A stretch of DNA of 32,000 bases from Xanthomonas campestris pv. campestris str. ATCC 33913 (GCF_000007145.1 NC_003902.1:1897436-1929435); one strand, 5' to 3'; positions 9,480 to 18,988 are shown, numbered from the stretch's first letter. Numbers and translations are program-made. The notes: generated from the sequence alone by a model not told the origin.

Positions 9480-9998
9480 TCACGATCTTCTGAGCAATAG
9501 TGCCAAGAAGGCCAAATGGATGAACTGCAGGCTGGTGTTGAGTTTGCGCTCGCAGTTCTTCCATAGCCTTCGGTTCTTCTCCAGCCAAGCAAAACTACGC
9601 TCGACGATCCATCGCTTGGGCATGACCTTGAAGGTATGCAGTTCGCTGCGCTTGGCAATCTGCACCGTGAGCTGTTCGCCTAAAATCTCTCGCACGCCGT
9701 CGGCAAACCGTACTCCGGTGTAACCGCTGTCGCACAGTAAGCTTTGTACATGCGTCAAGTTTGACTGGCAGCGCTCCAACGCTTGCAGCGCACCTTTGCG
9801 GTCGGTCACCTCCGCCGTCGTCACCGCGATTGCATGGGGCAATCCCTGAGTATCAACAGCGATATGCCGCTTGATGCCCGACACCTTCTTGCCCGCGTCA
9901 TATCCCTTTTGCCCTGCTGTGTCCGTGTTCTTTACGCTCTGCGCGTCCACGATCAAGAACCTGGTGCAAGCGTTGCGCTCCTGTCTGGCGCGGGCCAC
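9480..9998 (-). CDS. IS5-family transposase C-terminal (DDE) ORF, joined to the N-terminal ORF by -1 frameshift
   Basis: LIVDAQSVKNTD...KRHIAVDTQGLP...LLCDSGYTG...RWIVERSFAWLEKNRRLWKNCERK shows a DDE_Tnp_1-type pattern. The -1 reading from the A-run joins the two ORFs. Confidence 0.85.
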   Translation of the reverse strand: MARARQERNACTRFLIVDAQSVKNTDTAGQKGYDAGKKVSGIKRHIAVDTQGLPHAIAVTTAEVTDRKGALQALERCQSNLTHVQSLLCDSGYTGVRFADGVREILGEQLTVQIAKRSELHTFKVMPKRWIVERSFAWLEKNRRLWKNCERKLNTSLQFIHLAFLALLLRRS

Positions 9999-10293
9999 GC
10001 CAACCTGATTTTTTAAGTGCCTGCTCCAGCAGGCTCACTCCCTCATCGTTGCACTCGCTCCACTTGGCAAAGTACGAGTGCACGGTCCGCCACTTTGGAA
10101 AGTCGCTGGGTAGCGCTCGCCATTGGCAACCGGTTCGCAGTACGTACAACACTGCGCACCACACCTCATACACATCCACACGGCGTGGCTTGGTGCGCTT
10201 ACGCGCTTGTTCCAGGATCGGCAGCACGTGTTCGAACTGCTCCCGGCTCATGTCGCTCGGATAGGTCTTTTGGCGCATCCGCATAGTCTGCAC
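9898..10293 (-). CDS. IS5-family transposase N-terminal ORF
   Basis: KTYPSDMSREQFEHVLPILEQARKRTKPRRVDVYEVWCAVLYVLRTGCQWRALPSDFPKWRTVHSYF is the typical IS5/IS427 HTH part. An A6T slippery run lies on the minus strand at 10014-10008. Confidence 0.85.
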   Translation of the reverse strand: MQTMRMRQKTYPSDMSREQFEHVLPILEQARKRTKPRRVDVYEVWCAVLYVLRTGCQWRALPSDFPKWRTVHSYFAKWSECNDEGVSLLEQALKKSGWRGPRQTGAQRLHQVLDRGRAERKEHGHSRAKGI

Positions 10294-10320
10294 TGATCAG
10301 GAAAGATCGTGAACAGGTTC

Positions 10321-10532
10321 GTAGGCAGCTGATGGAATTGGAAGGTCTGGCGGACCAAGACCTCCCGCCACTTGTTGGCGAGCGTGTTGTGATTGCCATA
10401 CCCGCAGCGAAGCACGGCCCGGCCGAATTGGGCGACCATGAGCAACGCGTGCTCGACGATGTCGGTCGGCACGTTGTCGCAGTCAAGCAATACCGCAACA
10501 CGTGCTTCACGCGGTCTGTTCGGGTTGCTCAT
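10321..10532 (-). pseudogene. 5' fragment (about 70 codons) of a NYN/LabA-like (PIN-related) domain gene, ending at the IS5-family element
   Basis: MSNPNRPREARVAVLLDCDNVPTDIVEHALLMVAQFGRAVLRCGYGNHNTLANKWREVLV matches the N-terminal pattern of NYN/LabA proteins (xAVLIDxDN...YGDW...W). Excising the IS in silico gives a stop after 7 more codons. Confidence 0.6.
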
Positions 10533-10677
10533 GCCGGCGAGATCCAAGTTTTACGCAGACAGACAATGGCGTCAGCAACTCCCCTTGGCAAACGGGCGCT
10601 AGCAAGAGGGCGAAGCGCGGAGCTCTGATCATGTCAACACTGAAAGCAAACCTGCCGAACAGGCTTCCTGCAACGGT
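10436..10677. repeat. Direct repeat copy A (NYN 5' coding end plus ~145 nt leader)
   Basis: It aligns over its full 242 bp with 19839-20080. My hand alignment gives about 45 differences including two 1-nt indels, roughly 80% identity. A 25-nt block CAGACAGACAATGGCGTCAGCAACT is identical in both copies. Confidence 0.7.
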
Positions 10678-10879
10678 TTGACTTCGTTACATTCGGAGTG
10701 CCCCGAGCCGCTGCCGCTGACGCGGCCACCCTTACTCCAGACAATCTTTCTGTCCGCAAACGCCTCGCTTGTCGGCGCATCACTAATCCGATATCGTCGA
10801 AACTAGCGGTCCCTTCGTGGGACTGGTTGTAATCACCACCGCTGCCAGCGTGGGGTGGGTGGGAATGGATTCCTAACTG

Positions 10880-13060
10880 ATGCTGCAAGTGCAGCTGACA
10901 AGGAGTGTTGCCGTGTCAATTCGGGCCGTTGCGTGTCTCTCTGTTTACTCAGTCCCGTCAAAGGGCGCGCGTTGCGCAGCTCTCTTGATACCGTTTTTTT
11001 TTAGTGCCTATGGGTTACTAGGCGCTAGCCCTGCGCACGCCCAAACCCCGCCTAAAGCTACATTCTGCGCGCTGCCCCTCGGCTGCTACGACACGATGGA
11101 GAAGGCTGCCGATGCCCTTCGCAACTCCAAGGACTATCAAGGCATCGGGCAGTATTTGAAGCCCTACTCAAAAGCTTTTTTGAATCGGGGAGCGGGAGAG
11201 GTCTGGACCTATTTCCGTGTCCCGTTTCTAAAGGCCGCCTCGGTCTCTGGCCCGTCCTATGGAGTCAATTTGGGTATCTACGGGGTCGGAAACCCCGGCT
11301 GCACAGCGTCCCCAGAGTTTGGATCAAGCTGGTGCACGGAGGAAGGCGCACTCATCGCCAAGTCCTTGGACATCCTAACGACAAAGCTCGGGAAATCTTG
11401 TTCACTTCAGTCCAGTACTCAAACGTCGGATTACAATACGACTGGTCTTGGCCTCTCCTCAAATGGCGATGTTAGTTATAGCTCAGACAAATATTTCAAC
11501 GCGACATTTAATTGTCTGTCGAACTCGGGGGCACCTGTCTCAGTGTCGTGGCGTTGGAATGTCTACAAGAAGCGAAAGTTGACGTGCGAAGCAAACTTCA
11601 CGCCTTCTCAGGGAAATTTAATTCTCGCGGAGGCAGCTCTTACGACAGAGGCTGTTTGTAAGCCCAAGAACGATGACAACACCTGGGTCACGTCGCCCTT
11701 GAAGCAGTTCCAAAGTTGCAGCACAAACAACCCTTGCCATCCCACGACAGGCGATAAGTCTCGCGAAGAGAAAGACTTCGAGTTCGCAGGTCGTTCTTTC
11801 AATCGCTATTATCATTCCGTCAATCAGACCAAGAGTGTCATACCGGTCGGAGAGGGCTGGTCGTTGAGTTACAGCGACCGATTCGACAGTTCCAACACAG
11901 CCTATCTCGACGAGGCGGGCAACAGGGATGTTTTCACCACGGTTGCTGCTGGCACCGGCCGTGCCCGGAATTCGGGACGGCTGTATCGCCGCATCAGCAA
12001 TAGCACTACGTATTACCGAGTCATCGAAGAAACTGGCGAATATCGCGATTTCGGCAAGGATGGCGAGCTGCTCGCGGTGCGCAATCCAGCCTCGCCGGAC
12101 CGTGACGTAACCGTAGTCTACGAGGGCACGCGCATTGCGCGATTGGTCGATGGTCATGGCCGCGCCGTGACGTTCGCCTATACGGACGGGCGTGTCACGG
12201 GCATGGAGATTCCGGGTGGCGGAATCGTTCTTTACGACTACGATGTTGACGGTAATTTGATTGCCGCCACGTATCCCGATGGTGCGAAGCACCTTTACCA
12301 CTATCACGAGAAGGGACTTGCGGAACCTCAGCTGGTCAACTATTTAACTGGTATCACCGGGGAGAGCGGGCAGCGCTATGCATCGTTTGGTTACGACACC
12401 TATGGACGCGTGATAAGCAGCGTTCTCCATGGCGATACCGGGGCGGTCGATGGAGTGACTCTGAACTACGTGGCCGAAGGCGTCACGGAAGTCACCCAGG
12501 CATCTGGCGCGGTCAAGCGCTTCGAGTATGGGTCTACCATTTTCAGCCCGGTCAACAACGTAACCGAAGGCGCAGCAAGCACGTCCAACACCTACTTCAG
12601 CGATGGTCGACTGCAAAGCGTGACGGACGCATCGGGCAGTAAGGTTTCCTACGAATACGCGCCGGCGTATCGATCAGCCGTGACGGTCGGTGACGGCACG
12701 CAGGAGGCGGTGCGCACTGAGAGCGTGAGGGATGCGCTGACCCACCAATTGACCGAGCTCAATGTGAAGGGGGCACAGGGGCTGGTTGTGTCCAAGCGAT
12801 GGACTCGCAATGAGCGTGGCCAAGCACTGACCCAGGTCGAGCAAGATGCCGTTTCCGGGAAGCAGCGTCAGCAGACCTTCACCTATTGCGAGCAGGCCGA
12901 CGTAACCGCAGGAAGCTGCCCCCTGGTGGGAGTGCTGCTGCGTGTGGACGGAGCGCGAACAGATCTCAGCGACGCCACCACGTACGACTACTATCCCGCG
13001 GCTCAGGGCGGGGACCTGAAGACGATCACCAACGCAGTGGGCCAGGTCACCCAGTTCCTT
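10880..13060 (+). pseudogene. rhs: Rhs/YD-repeat protein, 5' segment (Sec signal peptide, Cys-rich N-domain, YD repeats), interrupted by an IS5-family element
   Basis: A signal-like LLIPFFFSAYGLLGASPAHAQ-TPP is present. NPCHPTTGDKSREEKDF marks the start of the shell, followed by YD repeats (FAYTDGRVTGMEIPGG, YDYDVDGNLIAATYPDG...). The frame continues in 14569-16789 once the IS is removed. Confidence 0.85.
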
Positions 13061-14568
13061 AGTCGCCCCTGAAAAACCCCCAATCACCCAACGCCCGCAA
13101 GGCCTTGATGTCTGCAGCGGCGTGCCAGAACTACCAGTTTTCGCTACGCTGAAGGCTGGTTTCTGGCAATTTCCACTCATGCATACACGCCGTCCTGCTG
13201 CCGAGCACATGCCTGCCGAGGAGTTGTTTCGTTCGCGCCTGGAGAACCAGATCGATCTGCGGCATCCGCTGGCGCAGCTGAGCCAACGGATGCCGTGGAC
13301 GGCGTTGGAGCAAGCACTTTCATCGCGCTTGCCGGCCACCCAGGCTGGTGGCGGTCGGCCGGCATTGCCGGTGCGGCTGATCGCCGGTTTGCTCTACCTC
13401 AAACACGCCTACGACCTGTCCGATGAGGCGGTGTGCGAGCGTTGGCTGGAAAATCCGTATTGGCAGTTTTTCACTGGCGAGGTCGTGTTCCAGACGCGCT
13501 TGCCGTGCGATGCCAGCTCGCTGACGCGCTGGCGTCAGCGGCTTGACGAAGCGGGGATGGAAGAGTTGCTGGCACACACCATCAACGCTGCACATGCCAT
13601 GCAGGCGGTGGACGCACGCGAGTTGTCGCGGGTGATCGTGGACACCACGGTGCAGGAAAAGGCGATTGCCTATCCGACCGATAGTCGGTTGCTGGAGGTG
13701 GCACGCAAGAAACTGGTGCTGCTGGCCAAGCGTTACGGCATCGGGTTGCGGCAGAGCTACGCACGGCAAGGTCCGGCCCTGAGCCGCAAGGCGGGCCGCT
13801 ATGCGCATGCACGCCAGTTCAAGCGCATGCAGCGCGTGCTGCGACGTCAACGCACGGTCTTGGGGCGGGTGTTGCGCGATATCGCGCGCAAGCTGGACCA
13901 GGTGGAACCCGGCGTGCGCGAGCGCATCGCGGTCTGGCTGGAACGTGCGCAACGGCTGTACACGCAGCGTCCGAAGGACAAACAAAAACTGTACGCATTG
14001 CATGCCCCGGAAGTGGAATGCATCGGTAAGGGCAAGGCGCGTCAAGCGTACGAATTCGGCGTCAAGGTCGGCATTGCGGTCACCGCCTGCAAGGGATTGG
14101 TCGTGGGTGCGCGTAGCTTCCCGGGCAACCCGTACGACGGCGACACCTTGGCCGAGCAGCTGGAGCAGACACGCGGGTTGCTGCAGGATCTGAGCGTAGA
14201 ACCGACGGTGGCGATCGTGGACCTGGGCTATCGCGGGCGCGAGGTCGATGGCGTGCAGGTGCTCCATCGTGGCAAGGCCAAGACGCTGACGCGACGGCAA
14301 TGGCGCTGGATCAAACGACGGCAGGCGGTGGAACCGGTGATCGGACATCTGAAAGACGACTGCAGGTTGCGTCGCTGCAGGCTGAAAGGTGCACAAGGCG
14401 ATGCGCTGCACGTACTCGGCTGCGCCGCCGGCTACAACCTGCGCTGGCTGCTGCGCTGGATCGCGTTTTTGCGTGCCTGGATGCGGGCGATGGGATGGCC
14501 ATCCTTTAGCGCCGTGCCGCTGTCGCCGATGACACTTGGTGCTTGAAGGGGGTTTTTCAGGGGCGACT
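13061..14568 (+). mobile_element. IS5-family insertion sequence (IS5 group, IS1479-like size, ~1.5 kb) inside the rhs gene
   Basis: The IRs are AGTCGCCCCTGAAAAACCCCC at 13061-13081 and the reverse complement at 14548-14568. Both junctions carry CCTT(AG) (13057-13060 and 14569-14572), consistent with a 4-bp TSD. Confidence 0.9.
13122..14546 (+). CDS. IS5-family DDE transposase
   Basis: The ORF is up to 474 aa; the true start may be the internal MPAEELFRSRLENQIDL. LPVRLIAGLLYLKHAYDLSDEAV, VIVDTTVQEKAIAYPTDSRL, AIVDLGYRG and VEPVIGHLKDDCRL are typical of IS5-group transposases. Confidence 0.9.
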   Translation: MPELPVFATLKAGFWQFPLMHTRRPAAEHMPAEELFRSRLENQIDLRHPLAQLSQRMPWTALEQALSSRLPATQAGGGRPALPVRLIAGLLYLKHAYDLSDEAVCERWLENPYWQFFTGEVVFQTRLPCDASSLTRWRQRLDEAGMEELLAHTINAAHAMQAVDARELSRVIVDTTVQEKAIAYPTDSRLLEVARKKLVLLAKRYGIGLRQSYARQGPALSRKAGRYAHARQFKRMQRVLRRQRTVLGRVLRDIARKLDQVEPGVRERIAVWLERAQRLYTQRPKDKQKLYALHAPEVECIGKGKARQAYEFGVKVGIAVTACKGLVVGARSFPGNPYDGDTLAEQLEQTRGLLQDLSVEPTVAIVDLGYRGREVDGVQVLHRGKAKTLTRRQWRWIKRRQAVEPVIGHLKDDCRLRRCRLKGAQGDALHVLGCAAGYNLRWLLRWIAFLRAWMRAMGWPSFSAVPLSPMTLGA

Positions 14569-16789
14569 CCTTAGTTACGATAGCGCCGGCCGCCTGCTGT
14601 CGCAGAAGGATCCGAATGGGGTCGTGACCGACTACAGCTACGATGCGCGAGGTCGGCTGACGGCAAGCATTGTCCGGGGACAGGACAGCGGCTCGGAGAC
14701 GGATGACCGCATTACGCGCTACAGCTATTGGCCCACCGGCTTGGTCAAGCAGGTTGCGCTGCCGGGTGGCGACGTGTCTGACTTCACCTACGACAGCGCA
14801 TTCCGCCTGACCAAGGTTTCGGATCGTTACGGAAATGCCATCCTCTATACGCTCGACAAATCCGGACGGCGAGTTAAGGAGGAGATCCAGGACTCAAAAG
14901 GTGTGCTTAAGGCCACCATGTCCCGGCTCTACGATGAGCTAGGCCACCTAAAAACAACCGCAGATGCGCAGGGCAACCCGACGGATTTTACCTACGATGC
15001 AGTGGGCACGTTGAAGGAGCGGACAGATGCCATGGGTAGGTCAAGCACCTATACCTATGATGCCTTGCATCGCTTGAAGCAGAGTATCGAAGACGCCGGC
15101 GGCATCAAGGCGACGAGCGCTTTTCAATACGACGTGCTTGGACAACCGTCAGTGGTGACGGATCCGAAAAGCTTGAAGACTACCTACCAGCGCAACGGTC
15201 TGGGCGAACTGTTGGCGCTGACAAGTCCCGACACGGGCAGCACCGGCTTCACCTACGACGACGCAGGCAACGTGCTGTCTAGGAAGGACGCAGCCAACCG
15301 GCAGGCCACCTACACCTACGATGCCTTAAACCGGCCAGTATCGGTGTCCTATGCCGATGCAGCGCTTGAGACCCGTTTTGTCTACGACGTGGCCCCGGCT
15401 GTCTGCGTGGCGGGAGAGCAGTTCGCAGCCGGGCGCCTGGCCAGCATGAAGGACGGCAGCGGCACAACGCAGTATTGCTACAACCGATTCGGTGACCTGG
15501 TGCGCAAGGTCCAGACGACCAATGGCAAGGCACTGACGGTTCGTTATGCCTACACGGCAGGCGGGCGCCTGACGAGCATGGTCTATCCGGACGGGGCGAT
15601 GGTTGACTATGTACGCAATGAGCTGGGCCAGGTCGCCGAGGTGGGCTATACCGCGCCTGGAGGCTCGCGCGAGGTGTTGGTCAAGGGTGCCACGTATCTG
15701 CCCATGGGCCCGGTGGACGGCTGGACCTACGGCAACGGCCGCGTGCTGACTCGAGCTTACGACCAGGATTACCGCCCCAAGGCCATTCAGGACAAAGCGG
15801 TTGGCGGTCTGGATGTCGGGTTCGGGTTCGATGAGGTGGGCAATCTCACCTCACTGACCCCAGCCGGCAATCCAACGCCGGAGATCGGCCTGGGCTACGA
15901 CACGCTCGGCCGCCTCACAGCCCTCACCGACGGTGTCACCGGAACCGTCATTGATGGCTATAGCTACGACGCCACCGGCAATCGCCTCAGCGCCAAAGTC
16001 GGCAGCGTTACACAGGCTTACACCTATCCAACGACCAATCATCGCCTGAGTGCAGTAGCCGGCGTGGCGCGCACGTACGACAAGACAGGCAATACGCTGA
16101 GCATCGGTGGCAAGGCGCGGGAGTTCCCCTACGACGCATCCGGCCGCATGAGCATGGTCAAGCGTGCAGGCGTGCTGGTGATGAACTATCGCTACAACGG
16201 TAAAGGCGAGCAGGTGCGCCGCTTCTTGGGCACAACTATCACCTACACGCTTTATGACGAAGCCGGCCACTGGCTGGGCGACTACGATAACAATGGCGCG
16301 CCCAAGCAGCAGGCGATCTGGCTGGACGACCTACCGGTGGGCCTGCTGGCCAACGCCAACAAGCTGCACTACATCGAACCTGATCACCTGGGCAGCCCGC
16401 GTGTGGTGGTTGACCCGGTTCGTAACGTGGCGGCGTGGAGCTGGAGCCTAAAGGGCGAGGCCTTCGGCAACACTGCGCCGAATCAGGATCCGGATGGCGA
16501 TGGTGCGGCGCTGGTGTTGGATATGCGCTTTCCGGGGCAGCGGTTTGATGCGGCTAGCGGGTTGAATCAAAATTACTTCAGGGACTACGACTCTGCTACC
16601 GGGCGGTATGGGCAGAGTGATCCGATTGGATTGGGCGGCGGTTTGTCGACATTTGGCTATGTTGGAGGAAGTCCACTTTACCTGATTGATCCGCTAGGGC
16701 TTGAGTCTGGCACATTCCAATTTGGCCAGTACCGAATGAAGCAGCAGAATTTGAGTCGGGCGCTAATCGAGGTGGTGCGACGGCAATGA
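14569..16789 (+). pseudogene. rhs: Rhs/YD-repeat protein, 3' segment including the core end (DPLGL) and a 28-aa tail
   Basis: It has many YD repeats (YSYDARGRLT, FTYDSAFRLTKV, YTYDALHRLKQ, YTYDALNRPVSVSY...). The Rhs core-end signature is RYGQSDPIGLGGGLSTFGYVGGSPLYLIDPLGL. Only ESGTFQFGQYRMKQQNLSRALIEVVRRQ follows before the stop. Confidence 0.85.
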
Positions 16790-17148
16790 AGATACTTTCC
16801 TCGTTGAATTCAGAAATGAAGAGCCGAAATATTGCGGGGAGCGATCAGTTCTATCACTGCCTCGCTTCTTGTAGGGCAACGCAAGCGACAAAGAATCCTG
16901 GCCTAGTCTTAGAAATGATGGCACTTAAGGAAACCAAGGATTACTACGCTGGACGCTTGGGATTGTATGGGGATGGAAGGCGGCGTGGCCATTACGAGAT
17001 GCAAAGTGACAATCAGCAAGATATGGCCGCTAATCAGCTAGGTGCGACATGTCAGATGGGCGAGGATTGCCCCCGTCGTTGTATGGGCCTTGTCCCGGAG
17101 CGCTCTCGGCCATTTTTATCCAATTACATCCCGGAATGGGGTCAAGAT
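16786..17148 (+). CDS. Serum-amyloid-A-like small protein, ATGA-coupled to rhs; last codons displaced by the IS4 insertion (reconstructs to 122 aa ending ...EWGQDE)
   Basis: NIAGSDQFYHCLASCRAT matches the vertebrate SAA signature NYIGSDKYFHARGNYDAA. NPGLVLEMMALKETKD aligns with GPGGVWAAEAISDARE, DMAANQLG with DQAANEWG, and GLVPE with GLPEKY. The start ATG overlaps the rhs stop (caATGA). The ORF runs into the IS at 17149, and the native end gag-tag lies at 18508-18513. Confidence 0.55.
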
Positions 17149-18498
17149 CTAAGGTATCCCCACGTTTTACACCGTAAGCGTCATCTGCTCGCGCACTGCC
17201 GCAGGCAGTGCGCGCAAGCGCCCTATCCACCGTGAGACGGGTTCCATCGGCCACTGCCTGACCAGCGCTTCTCGGCCGATGCGTAGCGTGGAGTAAAGCT
17301 TGCGTGTGCTGTTGCGAGGAGACAGCCACTGGGCGATACCGGTCGCTTCGCATCCCAGCCCCGCCAACCAGCTGGCGAATGCAGCCAACGTATTGATCAG
17401 CAGCAGGATCTGCAGTCGCTCGCCGCGTCGGGTCAAACTGTCTTCCAGCGCCTGGCCGTAGCGATGTGATTTCAGATCGCGAAATGCAAGCTCGATCTGC
17501 ATCCGTCGTGCGTACACATTGACCAACTGCTTTGCGCTGGGCGCCTGCAGCTGCGGGGATGCAACGATGAGCCAAGGCTCGCGCTCGCGCGCTGCGGCCT
17601 TCAGACTCGATGACGCACGCGAGACTTTGGCGGGTGAGCGGCGATTGCACTGTTTGCGCCCTTGCCGTGCCTTGGCGTAAATCACCAACCTGCAATCGAG
17701 TGGATCGCTGCGATTGGCCTGCATCGGCGGTAACTCGCATGCACGATTGGACGCCAACACATGCAGTTTCCGGCTGTCGATCCACTGATCTGCTTCATCC
17801 CGCACGTCCTGCGGCTTGACTTGCGTGCGCCCGCGCAGTCGCCCAACCCAACACCAGCCCATGGCCGATACAGCGCGGAACCACGGTGTCCGGAAGCCGG
17901 CGTCAGTGACCAGGATCGGGCGAACATCGTCCGGAACCAGTGCCCTCAGTTGTTGCAAGAAGCGTCTTTCTGCACCAGGCGATCCCTGCTGCTTTCCTGG
18001 CACTACCATGTCCAGCAAGGTAAGCGTGCGGCCGCCCACCGGCACCGCTGCGCGCAGCAGACACCACGATTTGTCTGGCTTCAGATCGCTCCAGTCGATG
18101 ACGATTACCGGCTGCGCGCCGCGCAGCAGCCAGTGCGCCATCTCGTGGTCGATCACTGATCGCTCGACCTGCAAATTGCGATTACTCAACAGGCGATCAA
18201 CTGCCTTGAGCGGCGCGCGCACCCGCAGTGCGCTCGGCCACGAACGTGCGATGTCCATCAGTGTCAGCCTGCGTCCGTGCAACAACGCCTCGACCGCATG
18301 CAGCAACGCGCGTTCGCGCAACGCATGCATCCCGGACAGTGAGTTGGGCAGGCACTTCTGCAATACTTCGCTGGCGCGCATGGTCGTCAACCTTCTCTGG
18401 CTTAGTCACCTTGAAGATTGCGCCATGCGCGCACTTTCTTCCAGGCAATTACGTCGCAAGTGATTGATTTGCCAGGAGGAAATGTGGGGAAACCTCAG
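17149..18498 (-). mobile_element. IS4-family insertion sequence (IS10-like ends, 1350 bp) with a perfect 9-bp target duplication
   Basis: The ends are CTAAGGTATCCCCACGTTTT (17149-) and the reverse complement CTGAGGTTTCCCCACATTTC (-18498). The direct repeat GGTCAAGAT lies at 17140-17148 and 18499-18507. Confidence 0.9.
17167..18390 (-). CDS. IS4-family DDE transposase
   Basis: 407 aa. VIVIDWSDL, ILVTDAGF and the Y-x2-R-x3-E-x6-K signature in YARRMQIELAFRDLK are present. Confidence 0.9.
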   Translation of the reverse strand: MTTMRASEVLQKCLPNSLSGMHALRERALLHAVEALLHGRRLTLMDIARSWPSALRVRAPLKAVDRLLSNRNLQVERSVIDHEMAHWLLRGAQPVIVIDWSDLKPDKSWCLLRAAVPVGGRTLTLLDMVVPGKQQGSPGAERRFLQQLRALVPDDVRPILVTDAGFRTPWFRAVSAMGWCWVGRLRGRTQVKPQDVRDEADQWIDSRKLHVLASNRACELPPMQANRSDPLDCRLVIYAKARQGRKQCNRRSPAKVSRASSSLKAAAREREPWLIVASPQLQAPSAKQLVNVYARRMQIELAFRDLKSHRYGQALEDSLTRRGERLQILLLINTLAAFASWLAGLGCEATGIAQWLSPRNSTRKLYSTLRIGREALVRQWPMEPVSRWIGRLRALPAAVREQMTLTV

Positions 18499-18505
18499 GG
18501 TCAAG

Positions 18506-18988
18506 ATGAGTAGGTCCACACTTTTTTCGTTCGCTCTTCTTGCTCTTTCGGGCTGTGCCCCCTATGACGCCCCAAGAAGTTATAAGGATCTAGAAAGCCT
18601 GAAGAGGTCGAATGATTTTTCAGTTTCAGCGTCGCTAGGTGGCATACCTAGTGATGCTACCGAAATCGATGTTTACTCTGATATTGATTCGGGTCTCACG
18701 ATGATGTCCTATAAAACTGCTCAGAGTGTGGCTGTTTCTGAAGTGTTCAATCGCCGGTTGCCTGCTGGCCAATACCAGCTTGTCCAGGACAACGTTGGAT
18801 TTGCAGGTGCCACTATCGTGGACATACGTTATGGATGTGAGAGCAGAGAGGTGAAGGCGAGCGACGAGTCGCTGAAATATCAGCAAGTCGTGTTTTTAGG
18901 GGCGGCTTCCGGCAGGCAGTATCGGTGGAACAGCGTGAATCCTGATATTTACAGGAAGCTCTGCTCAAATCCAGCGGTAGGAGCCTAA
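18506..18988 (+). CDS. Small lipoprotein of unknown family (candidate immunity partner of the Rhs tail module)
   Basis: MSRSTLFSFALLALSGC carries a lipobox (LSGC). 160 aa in AT-rich DNA. Before the IS insertion its ATG overlapped the end of the SAA-like ORF by 8 nt (caagATGAGTAG). Confidence 0.65.
   Translation: MSRSTLFSFALLALSGCAPYDAPRSYKDLESLKRSNDFSVSASLGGIPSDATEIDVYSDIDSGLTMMSYKTAQSVAVSEVFNRRLPAGQYQLVQDNVGFAGATIVDIRYGCESREVKASDESLKYQQVVFLGAASGRQYRWNSVNPDIYRKLCSNPAVGA

Larger units (their letters stand above)
9472..10320 (-). mobile_element. IS5-family insertion sequence (IS427/IS1031-like, ~0.85 kb, two overlapping ORFs)
   Basis: The IR GAACCTGTTCACGATCTT lies at 9472-9489 and its reverse complement at 10303-10320. 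Flanks are tta / gta, so the TSD is ambiguous. Confidence 0.85.

Noticed and set aside
9329-10532. The idea that excising the IS427-like element restores a full-length NYN gene
   Set aside because: I joined the flanks in silico, with or without removing a 2-3 bp duplication. The result is ...FHQLP(K/T)K(K)TSGP-stop. The longer open tail (RKLPVLSAADL...) is in a different frame, so the NYN gene is truncated rather than merely interrupted.
13320-14411. 363-aa ORF on the minus strand inside the IS5-family element
   Set aside because: It is the antisense shadow of the transposase gene. It has no recognisable motifs and a biased His/Gln/Arg/Leu/Ala composition.
17030-17785. 251-aa minus-strand ORF, plus the 17816-18463 plus-strand ORF, within the IS4 element
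   Set aside because: Both are alternative-frame or antisense ORFs of the IS4 transposase gene. Only the 17167-18390 frame carries the DDE and YREK motifs.
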